Shown piece after piece: positions 1 to 9,434 of a stretch of 32,000 bases of DNA; positions within the stretch are counted from its first letter, which is position 1, and every line of letters begins with the position of its first letter. The position numbers were made by a program, and so were the translations under genes. A model generated the notes under the pieces. It did no database searches. It was given only the letters and a program-made list of their open reading frames with translations, and was not told the origin of the DNA. This DNA is from Acaryochloris marina S15 (GTDB lineage: Bacteria; Cyanobacteriota; Cyanobacteriia; Thermosynechococcales; Thermosynechococcaceae). The stretch is from NCBI RefSeq assembly GCF_018336915.1, contig NZ_CP064923.1, positions 2,490,001 through 2,522,000 of the forward strand, written 5' to 3'.

Positions 1-268
1 AACGTCAGGTCGAGAAATTACTAAGACAGTTAAAAGTACAACAATGTAGTGTGTTTTACATAACCAGATTTCCTCTCACTAATTAGATTTATTTGTATGT
101 TATTACACAGTTTTGCTTGAACTATTGAATTAGCTTACTTGTGTCAATGCAGATGCCTCTTAGTCATTAAAGAAAGACTACATCTTTCGATAATTATTCG
201 AAATTCTTAAGACAGAATCATTACTTGTCTCAGATAATCTTGTTTCTATCTAAGCGTGTGCTAAGTGG

Positions 269-1513
269 TTGGCAATCTCCTTTATGTTGAATCCCTCTTT
301 GACTATTCTTTATCAGATTGATCCCCTCGATATCAGCATCGGTGGTATCCAGACAACCATTCTGAATTTTATTAAGTATGCGCCTCAAGATTTCGATATT
401 CGATTGGTAGGGATCTCATCTAGAAAAGAGTGCGAAATTGGTCGCTGGCAGAGTGTTTTAGTGTTTGACAGGCAGATACAGTATCTTCCTCTACTTTATG
501 TTAAAGATGATAATGTGAGAGGTCTTATACCCACTACGCTGAAATTTCTTCTAGCGTTGTTTGGAAAAGAGTTAGACTCTGACTTTCTGCATTTTCATAG
601 AATTGAACCTTCCTTAGTATCTATGAATTGGCATGGAGAAAAGACATTGTTTATTCATGCAGACATAAAAAAGCAAGTTAATGGTCAGGGAGATAATAAA
701 GCTTTTTTATGGAGATATTTTCCTTCGGCATACTTCTTTTTTGAAAATTTTCTAATTAAGCAATTCTCTTATGTGCTGTCATGTAACTCAGAATCACTTC
801 AGTATTTTCGGGAAACTTACTGCTCTACCGAAGATCGGTATCAGTTGATCCGAAATACTGTAGATGATGAAATCTTTTTCCCACTATCTACTCCACTGAA
901 AGACCAGAAGCGTCTGCAGCTAATAGCGGAAATGGGGTTGTCACTGGGAACACGTTTCATGGCCTATGTGGGGCGATTGCATCCTCAAAAGGATCCATTG
1001 TTATTAGTTAGATCAATCGCAGAACTCGATGATGCCAATATTCATCTACTTATGATTGGAGAAGGTGAATTAAAAGAAGATATTGAGTCAGAAATCAAAT
1101 ATTTAGGGCTAGATAGTCAAATAACTTTGTTGGGAGCTATGAATTCGCGAGAAATCGCAGATATTCTTAGAGTCAGTGAACTTTTAGCCCTAACCAGTAT
1201 CTATGAAGGTCTACCTATGGTCGTATTGGAGGCCCTCTCCTGTGGAATTCCAGTCGTTTCCACAGATTCAGGTGAAACCTCTAAACTTTTGACGGAGAAC
1301 ACAGGAGTTGTAATTCCAACTAGAACACCTGAATCTACCGCTGATTCTCTCAGGACTGTGTTGAGAAACTCTCAAAGTTTTCCTAGCAAAGCTTGTGCCC
1401 AATCATCTAGTCCCTACTGGGCTAGGTGGGTTGTTTCTGAAGTCTATAACGAAATGCGAGAACGATGGAAAAACAAACAGCAATTATTAGAGAAAACTTT
1501 CTCGACAGTGTAA
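269..1513 (+). CDS. Glycosyltransferase, GT-B fold, GT4-like (glycosyl transferase group 1)
   Basis: 414-aa ORF. The C-terminal half has the group-1 GT signature: YVGRLHPQKD and SIYEGLPMVVLEALSCGIPVVSTD (E-x7-E region). The ORF-track start is a TTG at 269 and the first ATG is at 284, so the start is uncertain by 5 codons. Confidence 0.8.
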   Translation: MAISFMLNPSLTILYQIDPLDISIGGIQTTILNFIKYAPQDFDIRLVGISSRKECEIGRWQSVLVFDRQIQYLPLLYVKDDNVRGLIPTTLKFLLALFGKELDSDFLHFHRIEPSLVSMNWHGEKTLFIHADIKKQVNGQGDNKAFLWRYFPSAYFFFENFLIKQFSYVLSCNSESLQYFRETYCSTEDRYQLIRNTVDDEIFFPLSTPLKDQKRLQLIAEMGLSLGTRFMAYVGRLHPQKDPLLLVRSIAELDDANIHLLMIGEGELKEDIESEIKYLGLDSQITLLGAMNSREIADILRVSELLALTSIYEGLPMVVLEALSCGIPVVSTDSGETSKLLTENTGVVIPTRTPESTADSLRTVLRNSQSFPSKACAQSSSPYWARWVVSEVYNEMRERWKNKQQLLEKTFSTV

Positions 1514-1574
1514 TTTTCGATAGCTTTGTCTCGGATGAATCTGGGCGTCATTACTTCGAAGCTGCGAGAACAGC

Positions 1575-1618
1575 CCCCGACGCCAATCTGAGACTGCTCT
1601 CTTAACTCCCAAGTACTT
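1575..1618. repeat. Intergenic direct repeat, copy A (CCCCGACGCCAATCTGAG...GCTC...CCCAAGTACTT)
   Basis: An 18-nt block at 1575-1592 is identical to 1816-1833. A second 11-nt block at 1608-1618 is identical to 1843-1853. Between the blocks there are 2 substitutions and a 6-nt length difference. Confidence 0.85.
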
Positions 1619-1815
1619 ATATAGGAGCCTGATCCCATGCTAGCAGCAATTTTCAGTGATATTAGTCAATTCAGATCTAACCCATTAGATAGCTTGAGCT
1701 AAAAAGCAATGTTGAATTCAAGTTGAATGCCATGAAAAACTATATTTCCAAGTTTGTAATGTTGCTTTAATTTGAATATCTCTTAACACTCAAACGATTT
1801 AGTTTTATCTGCGGT

Positions 1816-1853
1816 CCCCGACGCCAATCTGAGTCCGCTCAACCCAAGTACTT
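1816..1853. repeat. Intergenic direct repeat, copy B
   Basis: Same blocks as copy A, about 241 bp downstream. It ends 24 nt upstream of the ATG at 1877. Both copies end in the palindrome AAGTACTT. Confidence 0.85.
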
Positions 1854-1876
1854 GATGTCATGAATAAGGTTGCCAA

Positions 1877-3058
1877 ATGAAAGTTGCCGTTATTGGACCA
1901 AAGGGTCTACCTGCAAAGCAAGGTGGAATAGAACATCACTGTTCAGAGGTTTATCCTCGGATGGTTGCCCAAGGAAATTCTGTTGTTCTGTTTGCCAGAT
2001 CTTCTTATACAAATCTGTCGTGGTTCAAAAGAACCTCCTATGAGGGGGTAGAGGTTGTAAACCTTCCCAGCATTTGGCTGCGGGGGATTGACGCTTTTCT
2101 ATCTTCTTTTATTGCTACAATATCGGCTTCTCTTGGACAATATAATATTGTTCACTTTCATGCATTAGGTCCTTCTTTATTCTGTTGGTTACCCAAATTA
2201 AATCCTTTTCAGAAACCTCCCAAAATTGTCGTAACGTGTCAAGGCTTAGACTGGCAAAGGGCGAAATGGGGAACATTCTCTAGCACCGTTATTAGACTGG
2301 GTGAAAGAGCAGCTGCTATGTTCGCAGATGAAATAACAGTTGTTTCAAGAGAACTTGAAGCTTATTTTTGGCATACTTATCAACGAAAGACAGTCTATAT
2401 TCCCAATGCACCAGCTACCTATAAAAATTCAGATCCTGACTTTAGGTTCGGGAAATCTCTAGGCTTAGAATCTGGAAAATATTTTATTTTTTTAGGCAGG
2501 CTTGTTCCTGAAAAACGACCTGAACTCCTCATTGAAGCATTTAAGAGAATAGAAAATTGTGGTTGGAAGTTAGTACTGGTTGGCGGAGTTAGCGATACAA
2601 CGGTCTATCACAAAGAACTCTTGACGAGGGCTGAGAATAGAGAGGATGTTGTGTTTGCAGGCGAGCTAAAAGGTGAACGGTTAGCAGAGCTTGTTAGAGG
2701 CGCTGGGTTATTTACCTTGCCTTCAGATTTAGAGGGGTTGCCATTAGCAATGTTGGAAGCAATGCGGGAAGGTATTCCTATCCTCGCAAGTGATATCTTG
2801 GCACATCGTCAGTTGCTTGGTAACGATAGAGGTATGTTGTTTCAAGCAGGAAATCTTCAATCTTGCATTGATAGCATTGATTTTGCATTAAAAGATTTAG
2901 AAAAACTCTCCCAAATGGCTAATAGAGCTAAACAGCATGTTGCTGAAAACTATACTTGGCAAAAAATTACTGCTGACAACTTAGATCTCTATTCGGCTCT
3001 TTTAAGATCAGATTATTCTCTTCATCCTGAAGAAAGTGAAACTGTAGATGTGAAGTAA
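1877..3058 (+). CDS. Glycosyltransferase, GT-B fold, GT4-like
   Basis: 393-aa ORF with ATG start. It begins MKVAVIGPKGLPAKQGGIEHH. It carries FLGRLVPEKRPELL and PSDLEGLPLAMLEAMREGIPILASD (E-x7-E region). Confidence 0.85.
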   Translation: MKVAVIGPKGLPAKQGGIEHHCSEVYPRMVAQGNSVVLFARSSYTNLSWFKRTSYEGVEVVNLPSIWLRGIDAFLSSFIATISASLGQYNIVHFHALGPSLFCWLPKLNPFQKPPKIVVTCQGLDWQRAKWGTFSSTVIRLGERAAAMFADEITVVSRELEAYFWHTYQRKTVYIPNAPATYKNSDPDFRFGKSLGLESGKYFIFLGRLVPEKRPELLIEAFKRIENCGWKLVLVGGVSDTTVYHKELLTRAENREDVVFAGELKGERLAELVRGAGLFTLPSDLEGLPLAMLEAMREGIPILASDILAHRQLLGNDRGMLFQAGNLQSCIDSIDFALKDLEKLSQMANRAKQHVAENYTWQKITADNLDLYSALLRSDYSLHPEESETVDVK

Positions 3059-3234
3059 TGGGTGGGCTTTTGTCTTCATGATCACTAAGGTTTATTGACT
3101 TCTCCTCTTCTATTGTTGAATGGATTTAGTTGGACGTTATGGGTATTGGGTTCGGCTTGGTTAGGGCAAAAATTATTTGCTTGAGCTAAGCGTACTAAGT
3201 CAGACAAGTAAGTCATCAGCTTTTTAATCCTGTT

Positions 3235-5358
3235 ATGAACGAATCTGTTTCAAAAGTATTCAAAATAATTCATAGGAATCGTTGGACTACAGCAGGGACC
3301 TTTCTATCTGTTTTTACTGGGATAGTAGTGTATCTGCTGATTACTCCTCGTCTTTATTCAGCAAAGGTTCGGTTAATTCTGGATCAAAGGCCAGCCACTA
3401 GTATTTCCCCTCTAGGCCGTGATATTGCTCAGACGCCAGGGGATAACAACAAAGGGTTAGCAACACAAGAAGAGCTTGTCCGCTCAAAAAGTGTTCTCAC
3501 AAAAGCTATTGTCCTGTTTAATCAAAGCAATGAAGATAGTGCAGTTGAGAAAGTTACTTTAGGCGAAGCTAAGCAAGAAGTTTCCACTGAGGTTATTCCT
3601 GGCACTCAGATCATTGAGATTTCATTTCGGCATACTGATCCACAAGTCACTTCTTCATTATTGAATCTGATCGCCTCGAGTGTTATTCAAGAAAATGCAG
3701 AGACTATTCGATCTGAAGCAAGGGCTACACGACAATTTTTAGAGAATCAAATTCCTCGCAGGCAACAGGAACTCGTTAAAATTGAATCTTCTATCAGTCA
3801 GTTTAAGCAACAATACAACATTGTTTCACTAGAGGAAACAGATAATAAGCGCTTGACGCAGAGTATTGCTGAAGCAGAAAAAGTTGCTGAGGAGATATCG
3901 GCTGAATTAAAGCAAGTACAAGCCCGGGGATTGGCACTCAGCAAAATCATAGACCAAAGTTCTGACAAAGAATCCTACTTATCGACAAAGGCAGGACAGA
4001 ACCCTGAGCTAATTAGTTTGAGAGATCAACTGTCTAACCTGGAGTCGCAGTTAAAGATCAAGCGAGAGAGTTTAACGGATGATCATCCCGATATACAAAA
4101 GCTAATAACTGAAAAGGAAGCTGCACAAGCACTGTACCAACAAAAGTTATCAACCATACTGCCTGGGAGTAGCTTGAATTCGAATGGTACGGTTCAGGTT
4201 GCGAATGAGAAAGTTGCCCAAGAATTGTCAGAAAAATTAGTCCTTAGTGTTGTAGAAAGAAATGAGCTTAGGGACAAACTGGCCAATACAAGATCCTATA
4301 TTTCTACGTTAGATGCTAGGCGAAAGCAGTATCCAGTCTTGGAAAAGACTTTAGCCTCATTGCAAAGAAAAAAAGAAGGGTCAACAGAATCAGTTAATCT
4401 CCTGCGTCAGAAGCTTGATGAGGCACGTATTGCAGAAGCGCAACTAGTTAGTAATCTGAGAATTATTGAGGAAGCGAATAAGCCAACGTTACCTTCATAT
4501 CCTAATATTCCTAGTTTTCTCGTGCTAGGCATTATGGCTGCTGTTGCACTGTCAGCGGGGGTCACTTTAAGTGCTGAAGGTATGGATGGACGGCTAAGAG
4601 ACTTAGAGAATGTAGAGGAGCTAGCAAAAGTACCTTTGTTAGGTGTAATACCCCTGCAAAAGAGTAGTCGTTTGTTCCCAGCATTACCCTTTGCTGAACT
4701 CTATAATAACTTGCCATTATTGGAATCAGTAAGAGGTTTGTCTAAGAATATTGAGTATAAAAATTCAACTGAAAGCAAGGTTTTAGTTATAACGAGTGCG
4801 ATTTCAGGTGAGGGTAAATCATTTGTGGCAGCAAACCTAGCTGTTCTATCGGCAATGCTATCGAAAAAAACCTTATTAATTGATGCTGATATGCGGCGCC
4901 CTACCATCCATAAGCTTTTTCAAGTCTCTCAGGATCCTGGATTGCAAGATTATCTAAGAGGCGCAGTAAATGAAGGTTTGCCCTCAGCGATCCATAGCAC
5001 ATCAATTAAGAATTTATCAGTGATGACTTCTGGGAAATTTTCATATGATAATGTCTTCTCTTTTGAAACCCAAAGAGCTAAGGAACTATTGGCTGAGGTG
5101 GAACAACATTACGATGTGATTGTTATTGATACTCCGCCAGTCATGGCTTGTTCTGATGCTTTAGTATTGAGTCAAGGAGATCGTCAAACAATTATGGTTG
5201 CTAGGCTTGACGTCACTCCTAAGCAAGTTCTGAATCGATCTATAGACATCTTAAATTCTAATAATGTCAATGTTGTAGGACTGGCAATAAATGGTGTATC
5301 TTCCTCAACTGACAAATATTATCGGTACTTAAAAGAAGATTATGCATTGGCAGCATGA
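3235..5358 (+). CDS. wzc: Polysaccharide co-polymerase / tyrosine autokinase (PCP-2a, Wzc/GumC-type)
   Basis: 707 aa. It has an N-terminal TM segment plus a Wzz-like region, then a long coiled-coil-like Q/E/K/L-rich segment, then a second TM (FLVLGIMAAVALSAGV). The C-terminal BY-kinase domain has Walker A ITSAISGEGKSF, Walker A' LLIDADMRRP and Walker B YDVIVIDTPP. The tail is Tyr-rich (DKYYRYLKEDY). Confidence 0.9.
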   Translation: MNESVSKVFKIIHRNRWTTAGTFLSVFTGIVVYLLITPRLYSAKVRLILDQRPATSISPLGRDIAQTPGDNNKGLATQEELVRSKSVLTKAIVLFNQSNEDSAVEKVTLGEAKQEVSTEVIPGTQIIEISFRHTDPQVTSSLLNLIASSVIQENAETIRSEARATRQFLENQIPRRQQELVKIESSISQFKQQYNIVSLEETDNKRLTQSIAEAEKVAEEISAELKQVQARGLALSKIIDQSSDKESYLSTKAGQNPELISLRDQLSNLESQLKIKRESLTDDHPDIQKLITEKEAAQALYQQKLSTILPGSSLNSNGTVQVANEKVAQELSEKLVLSVVERNELRDKLANTRSYISTLDARRKQYPVLEKTLASLQRKKEGSTESVNLLRQKLDEARIAEAQLVSNLRIIEEANKPTLPSYPNIPSFLVLGIMAAVALSAGVTLSAEGMDGRLRDLENVEELAKVPLLGVIPLQKSSRLFPALPFAELYNNLPLLESVRGLSKNIEYKNSTESKVLVITSAISGEGKSFVAANLAVLSAMLSKKTLLIDADMRRPTIHKLFQVSQDPGLQDYLRGAVNEGLPSAIHSTSIKNLSVMTSGKFSYDNVFSFETQRAKELLAEVEQHYDVIVIDTPPVMACSDALVLSQGDRQTIMVARLDVTPKQVLNRSIDILNSNNVNVVGLAINGVSSSTDKYYRYLKEDYALAA

Positions 5359-5399
5359 CCTCTAATGTATGAATCTTTTTCTGAAATTGATATGAATAT

Positions 5400-6764
5400 A
5401 TGACTATATTCGAACTAAATAAAAAAAATATTAGCTTTTTTTTACTTTCGTTGTTGGTTGCTTTGGCAACAGCAGCGTGGGGAGAAGTGACTTTACAGCT
5501 ATTAATTTTATTGATAGTTGCTGCAGCTATTTTAGCTTTTTTTCTGAAAGAAATTGAAATCAGCATACTTTTTTTGCTTGTACTTAGAAGCTCACTTGAT
5601 TTCTTTACTCAACTTAAGATACCTGCTGCTTATGGAGTTGGGATCGAGTTATTAGCAATATGCTATATGGTTTTTTGTTTTATAAGAAATAAATCAATAC
5701 AAACAGACTCTTTTGGGTGGTTATTGTTGGGCTGGACCCTTTTCCAAGGGTTATGGCTATTTTTAATGCCAGTAGATGCATTGGGATTTGATGCAACCTA
5801 CTTAGCTGAAAGTGTTAGAGAGTGGCTAAGAATATTGATATGGCCAACCGCATACTTTCTCGTAATGCAGTTAAAAGGGAAGGTCTCACCTCAAAAGATT
5901 CTCTCTGTCTTATTGCTGGCCTTACCTTTACCAATTTTACTGGCATTATTTCAGTTAAAAAATGGAATAGTAAGAATTAATTCAACTTTTGCCCATGCGA
6001 ATGCGTTCGCTTCATTTCTCTTGTTGTTTATGGGGATAGTATGGTGGAAATATAAAAATTCTACTAGATTTAAGTGGTTATGGATTACTCTATTAGGGAT
6101 AATCTCATTTTTATTGATTAGCACTAAAGCATTGTTCGTTTTAATGATGTTGCTAGTGTCTTTATTGGTGATCATTATTCCTAAATTGAGCTTAAAAAGT
6201 TTGATTTTTGGAGTTTTAAGTTTTTCTCTTGTAATCAGTTTATTTTCTAGTACAGACTATGGAAAGTCAAGACTGGAATCTATTGCAAGTACGCCTTTGC
6301 TAAATCCAGAGATTAGTATTAATAGAGGGATTCTTCTTTCCGAATCTGACCACAATAGTTTTAACTGGCGCTTATCTCATTGGCATACAGTTTTAAAGGC
6401 ATGGGAAAAACGCCCATTCCTTGGCTATGGCCTAGGACTAAGCAAGCAATCTATCGACAGTAAGTATTTACCACATAATGACTATATAAGAGCATTGATT
6501 GAGGGTGGAATATTAGGGATTTTTTCTTATTTAGTATTGTGGAGTTTATATCTTGCGCAATCAATTAAAGTAGTCCGATCTTCTACTTTAGACTCACACA
6601 AAGATTTGAGTCTAGTTGTTGCTGCTCTAGTTGTTGCAGTTTTAGTAGGAATGGTAACAGAAAACATATGGAGTCATACGGTGTTTTTCTTCTATTTTTC
6701 TGTCTTGTTTGCAATATCAAGCTGGGATTGGAGTTCGCCGGATATATTATGCCTTAATAATTAG
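5400..6764 (+). CDS. Polytopic membrane protein of the O-antigen ligase / Wzy polymerase family (Wzy_C-like)
   Basis: 454 aa and very hydrophobic, with about 10 or more predicted TM stretches. A loop NSFNWRLSHWHTVLKAWEKRPFLGYGLG is followed by HNDYIRALIEGGILGIFSYL, which is typical of O-antigen ligase/polymerase-like proteins. Confidence 0.75.
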   Translation: MTIFELNKKNISFFLLSLLVALATAAWGEVTLQLLILLIVAAAILAFFLKEIEISILFLLVLRSSLDFFTQLKIPAAYGVGIELLAICYMVFCFIRNKSIQTDSFGWLLLGWTLFQGLWLFLMPVDALGFDATYLAESVREWLRILIWPTAYFLVMQLKGKVSPQKILSVLLLALPLPILLALFQLKNGIVRINSTFAHANAFASFLLLFMGIVWWKYKNSTRFKWLWITLLGIISFLLISTKALFVLMMLLVSLLVIIIPKLSLKSLIFGVLSFSLVISLFSSTDYGKSRLESIASTPLLNPEISINRGILLSESDHNSFNWRLSHWHTVLKAWEKRPFLGYGLGLSKQSIDSKYLPHNDYIRALIEGGILGIFSYLVLWSLYLAQSIKVVRSSTLDSHKDLSLVVAALVVAVLVGMVTENIWSHTVFFFYFSVLFAISSWDWSSPDILCLNN

Positions 6765-6794
6765 ATTGCTAATTACTAGTTCTCTCTTAAAAAG

Positions 6795-7694
6795 ATGCTT
6801 ATGTATGAAATTAAAAAGAGTTTAAATATTGAGCATGTCACCTTGGATTTATATCTTATCTATGTGTTGAAATTTTTATATCAAAAGATTTTTTATCTTA
6901 CCTGTCCTGAACAACAAATTCTTATGATTATTGGCTGCCAACGTTCAGGCACAAGCTTAATTAATCGGATTTTTGCAAGAGATTTTCATGTCAGTGTATA
7001 TAGAGAATCTAGCTGTCTTTCATCTAATGATTCAACTCATTCTGGGCATTTGAAGCTAAGACTGAATTCATTCCAGTCTTTGGAAGCAGAGTTGTTGAAA
7101 GATAAATCTCCTACCATTGTTTTAAAGCCGTTAGTAGAAACACAAAATATTTTGTGTTTATTAAATCACTTTCCTCAATCAAAAGCTTTATGGATGTATA
7201 GGGATTATAGAGATGTCGTAAACTCATTTTTGAATAAATTTAATCTTAATGTAGGTATAAGAAATATCAAAGCTATTGTTGATGGGAATACGGGGTTTTG
7301 GTACTCGGAATCGATCCCTTCTTCTGTTCGCTCTACCTTGATTAAATTCTATAAGGATGATATTCAACCTACTGATGCGATTGCTCTATTTTGGTATGTC
7401 AGAAATGCATTCTTTTTTGAGTTAGAGCTTAATCAGAATTCAAGAGTGATGATGTGTAAGTACGAGCATATGGTTTGTTATTCAAATCAATTCTTAAACC
7501 ATATCTATTCCTTTTTAGGGAAAAAGTTTCGAGATGAAAATACTTGGGAGATTAATGCATGTTCTGTGGGCAAAGGTAAGTCTATAGATTTATCAGAAGA
7601 TATCCAGGAATTATGTGATGGCTTACTTAATAGGCTTGATCAGTCATTCACTTTGCAAATGACTAACGGTCAACCTTCCCCTATATTGTCCTAG
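6795..7694 (+). CDS. Sulfotransferase (P-loop type, PAPS-dependent), type 1 of 3 in this locus
   Basis: 299 aa. It has a 5'-phosphosulfate-binding loop MIIGCQRSGTSL and a downstream WMYRDYRDVVNS (3'-PB-like) segment. The N-terminal ~40 codons are AT-rich and contain a MITE-TIR-like 14-mer, so the start is uncertain. Confidence 0.7.
   Translation: MLMYEIKKSLNIEHVTLDLYLIYVLKFLYQKIFYLTCPEQQILMIIGCQRSGTSLINRIFARDFHVSVYRESSCLSSNDSTHSGHLKLRLNSFQSLEAELLKDKSPTIVLKPLVETQNILCLLNHFPQSKALWMYRDYRDVVNSFLNKFNLNVGIRNIKAIVDGNTGFWYSESIPSSVRSTLIKFYKDDIQPTDAIALFWYVRNAFFFELELNQNSRVMMCKYEHMVCYSNQFLNHIYSFLGKKFRDENTWEINACSVGKGKSIDLSEDIQELCDGLLNRLDQSFTLQMTNGQPSPILS
6831..6844. repeat. Solo copy of the left terminal-inverted-repeat core of the 9313-9434 element
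   Basis: GAGCATGTCACCTT is identical (14/14) to 9315-9328. I found no partner inverted repeat nearby. Confidence 0.6.
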
Positions 7695-7743
7695 TTTTTT
7701 AACATCCAATTTGATGTTTGGTATTCAGTTGGGATAGAACATA

Positions 7744-8277
7744 ATGAACCAACTTTTGACATATATTTTTCAAGACTGGGAGGTTAATAAGCAGACTAGT
7801 TTAAAGTCACGGCTTGTGCTTTCTTCCTTTAGAGCTTCTCAATTATTATCAAAGCTGCCCTATCCGTTTAGATTGGTAACTTATCTATATCAGATTTTTG
7901 CTGAAATTCTATTTGCAATAGAACTACCTTTTGATACCAAAATTGGCAGTAATTTACAGCTTCAGCATGGATTTAGTCTTGTCGTTAATCACGCTACAAC
8001 TATTGGTAGTAATTGCATAATTCGGCACTCTACTACGATTGGAAATAAGATTTTATGTGATGGTTCTACCTCTTCTTCTCCGGTTATTGGTGACAATGTT
8101 GAAATTGGTTGTAATGTTGTTATTCTTGGACCCATAGAGATTGGTAATAATGCTGTAATTGGAGCAGGAGCCATTGTGGTATCAAATGTTCCAGAACATG
8201 CTGTAGTAGCTGGTAATCCGGCCAAAATTATTCGATTAAATAGCATTCATTCTGACTTGTCATACGTTAACAGATAG
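7744..8277 (+). CDS. Hexapeptide-repeat O-acetyltransferase (left-handed beta-helix, CysE/WcaB-like)
   Basis: 177 aa. The C-terminal two thirds are imperfect hexapeptide repeats: IGSNCIIRHSTTIGN, VIGDNVEIGCNVVILGPIEIGNNAVIGAGAIVVSNVPEHAVVAGNPAKII. Confidence 0.85.
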   Translation: MNQLLTYIFQDWEVNKQTSLKSRLVLSSFRASQLLSKLPYPFRLVTYLYQIFAEILFAIELPFDTKIGSNLQLQHGFSLVVNHATTIGSNCIIRHSTTIGNKILCDGSTSSSPVIGDNVEIGCNVVILGPIEIGNNAVIGAGAIVVSNVPEHAVVAGNPAKIIRLNSIHSDLSYVNR

Positions 8278-8351
8278 TTGAATTAACTAAATCGTTTATT
8301 CCTTTTTTTAGTAGTAATAAAATAATCGTAATTTAGTACTAGATATATCAG

Positions 8352-9338
8352 ATGACTAAAGTTTCCGTTATTATTACGACTTTTAATTCTATGCGTTTCT
8401 TTCCGGAAACGTTAGCTAGTGTTTTACGACAAACCTTTTCTGAGATCGAAGTCATCGTTGTTGATGATGGTAGTTCTGATGGTATTTCTGACTGGATTAC
8501 TTCTGTTGAAGATTCAAGGATAATCTTCCACTCCCAATCCAATCAAGGAGTATCCTCTGCTCGGAACACAGGCATCAGCCTTGCCCGAGGAGAATATATC
8601 GCTTTTCTGGATGGGGATGATGTTTGGGTTCCGACAAAGGTGGAACGGCAAGTTAAGGTATTAGACCTTCATGAGGAGGTGGGGTTGGTCCATACATGGC
8701 TGGCTTTAATGGATGAAGGAAGTCGGCTCACGGGCAGAGTTATGAAGCCCCATAGTGAGGGAGAGATATGGCAAGAAATTGTTGAATCTAATATGATTGC
8801 CTGTTCTTCTGTGATGGTAAGACGTGCCTGTTTAGACATCGCAGGTACTTTCGATTCAACGTTGATAGTTGCTGAAGACTGGGATTTATGGATTAGGGTA
8901 GCAGCATCTTATCGAATTTCTGTGGTTAGAGCCCTTTTAGTTCAATACAGAATTCATCCTTCGAGTAAATCGAAACGATATCCAGAAATGGTTGAAGATT
9001 TTCGAAAAATTATTGAGCGGGCATTTCAATCTGTGCCCTATGAGTATTTACCGATTAGAAGTCGGAGTTATGGTCGAGTAAATTTGTGTATTGCGTGGAA
9101 ATGTATTCAAGCTAAAGAACCAGATTTTGAGAAAGCTAAATTTTTCTGCCAACAAGCATTAAGTCATTATCCAAGTTTGCGATTGTCTAGGGAGTTTCTC
9201 TCATTCTCTATCGCCAGCAGCATGATGCAAATTATGGGAATGGATAGCTATGTTTGGTGCCTTAGTTTGTTTAATACTATGCGGAAAATATTCTCTCGAA
9301 CCAGTGTGCTATGGGAGCATGTCACCTTTGTAAGCTAG
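8352..9338 (+). CDS. Glycosyltransferase family 2 (GT-A fold), with 3' end rewritten by a MITE insertion
   Basis: 328 aa. Motifs are VSVIITTFNS, VVDDGSSDG, FLDGDDVW (DxD) and EDWDLWIR. The last 8 codons (WEHVTFVS) and the stop lie inside the inserted element at 9313-9434. Confidence 0.9.
   Translation: MTKVSVIITTFNSMRFFPETLASVLRQTFSEIEVIVVDDGSSDGISDWITSVEDSRIIFHSQSNQGVSSARNTGISLARGEYIAFLDGDDVWVPTKVERQVKVLDLHEEVGLVHTWLALMDEGSRLTGRVMKPHSEGEIWQEIVESNMIACSSVMVRRACLDIAGTFDSTLIVAEDWDLWIRVAASYRISVVRALLVQYRIHPSSKSKRYPEMVEDFRKIIERAFQSVPYEYLPIRSRSYGRVNLCIAWKCIQAKEPDFEKAKFFCQQALSHYPSLRLSREFLSFSIASSMMQIMGMDSYVWCLSLFNTMRKIFSRTSVLWEHVTFVS
9304..9312. repeat. Target-site duplication, left copy (GTGTGCTAT)
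   Basis: This 9-mer directly abuts the left TIR and is identical to 9435-9443, which abuts the right TIR. Confidence 0.8.
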
Positions 9339-9434
9339 TATTTATACTCATCTCAAAAATCCTTGCTAGCCTTGCTTTCAGGCATCAAATTTTTAATTCC
9401 AAACTTTGTGCATTTGCAAAGGTGACATGCTCCC
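9313..9434. mobile_element. 122-bp MITE-like non-autonomous element with 18-bp perfect terminal inverted repeats
   Basis: The left end GGGAGCATGTCACCTTTG (9313-9330) is the exact reverse complement of CAAAGGTGACATGCTCCC (9417-9434). The element is flanked by a 9-bp direct duplication, has no ORF and has an AT-rich interior. Confidence 0.8.

Noticed and set aside
1444-1638. 64-aa minus-strand ORF overlapping the 3' end of the first GT gene and repeat copy A
   Set aside because: It is antisense to a well-supported gene. It has no recognisable motif or RBS, and its composition looks like a chance open frame.
3096-3101. TTGACT as the -35 box of a wzc promoter
   Set aside because: I found no acceptable -10 hexamer at 16-18 nt spacing, so it cannot be supported by eye.
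5267-5566. 99-aa minus-strand ORF spanning the wzc / wzy-like junction
   Set aside because: It is antisense to two strongly supported genes. The peptide is low-complexity and K/I/F-rich, as expected from AT-rich sequence.
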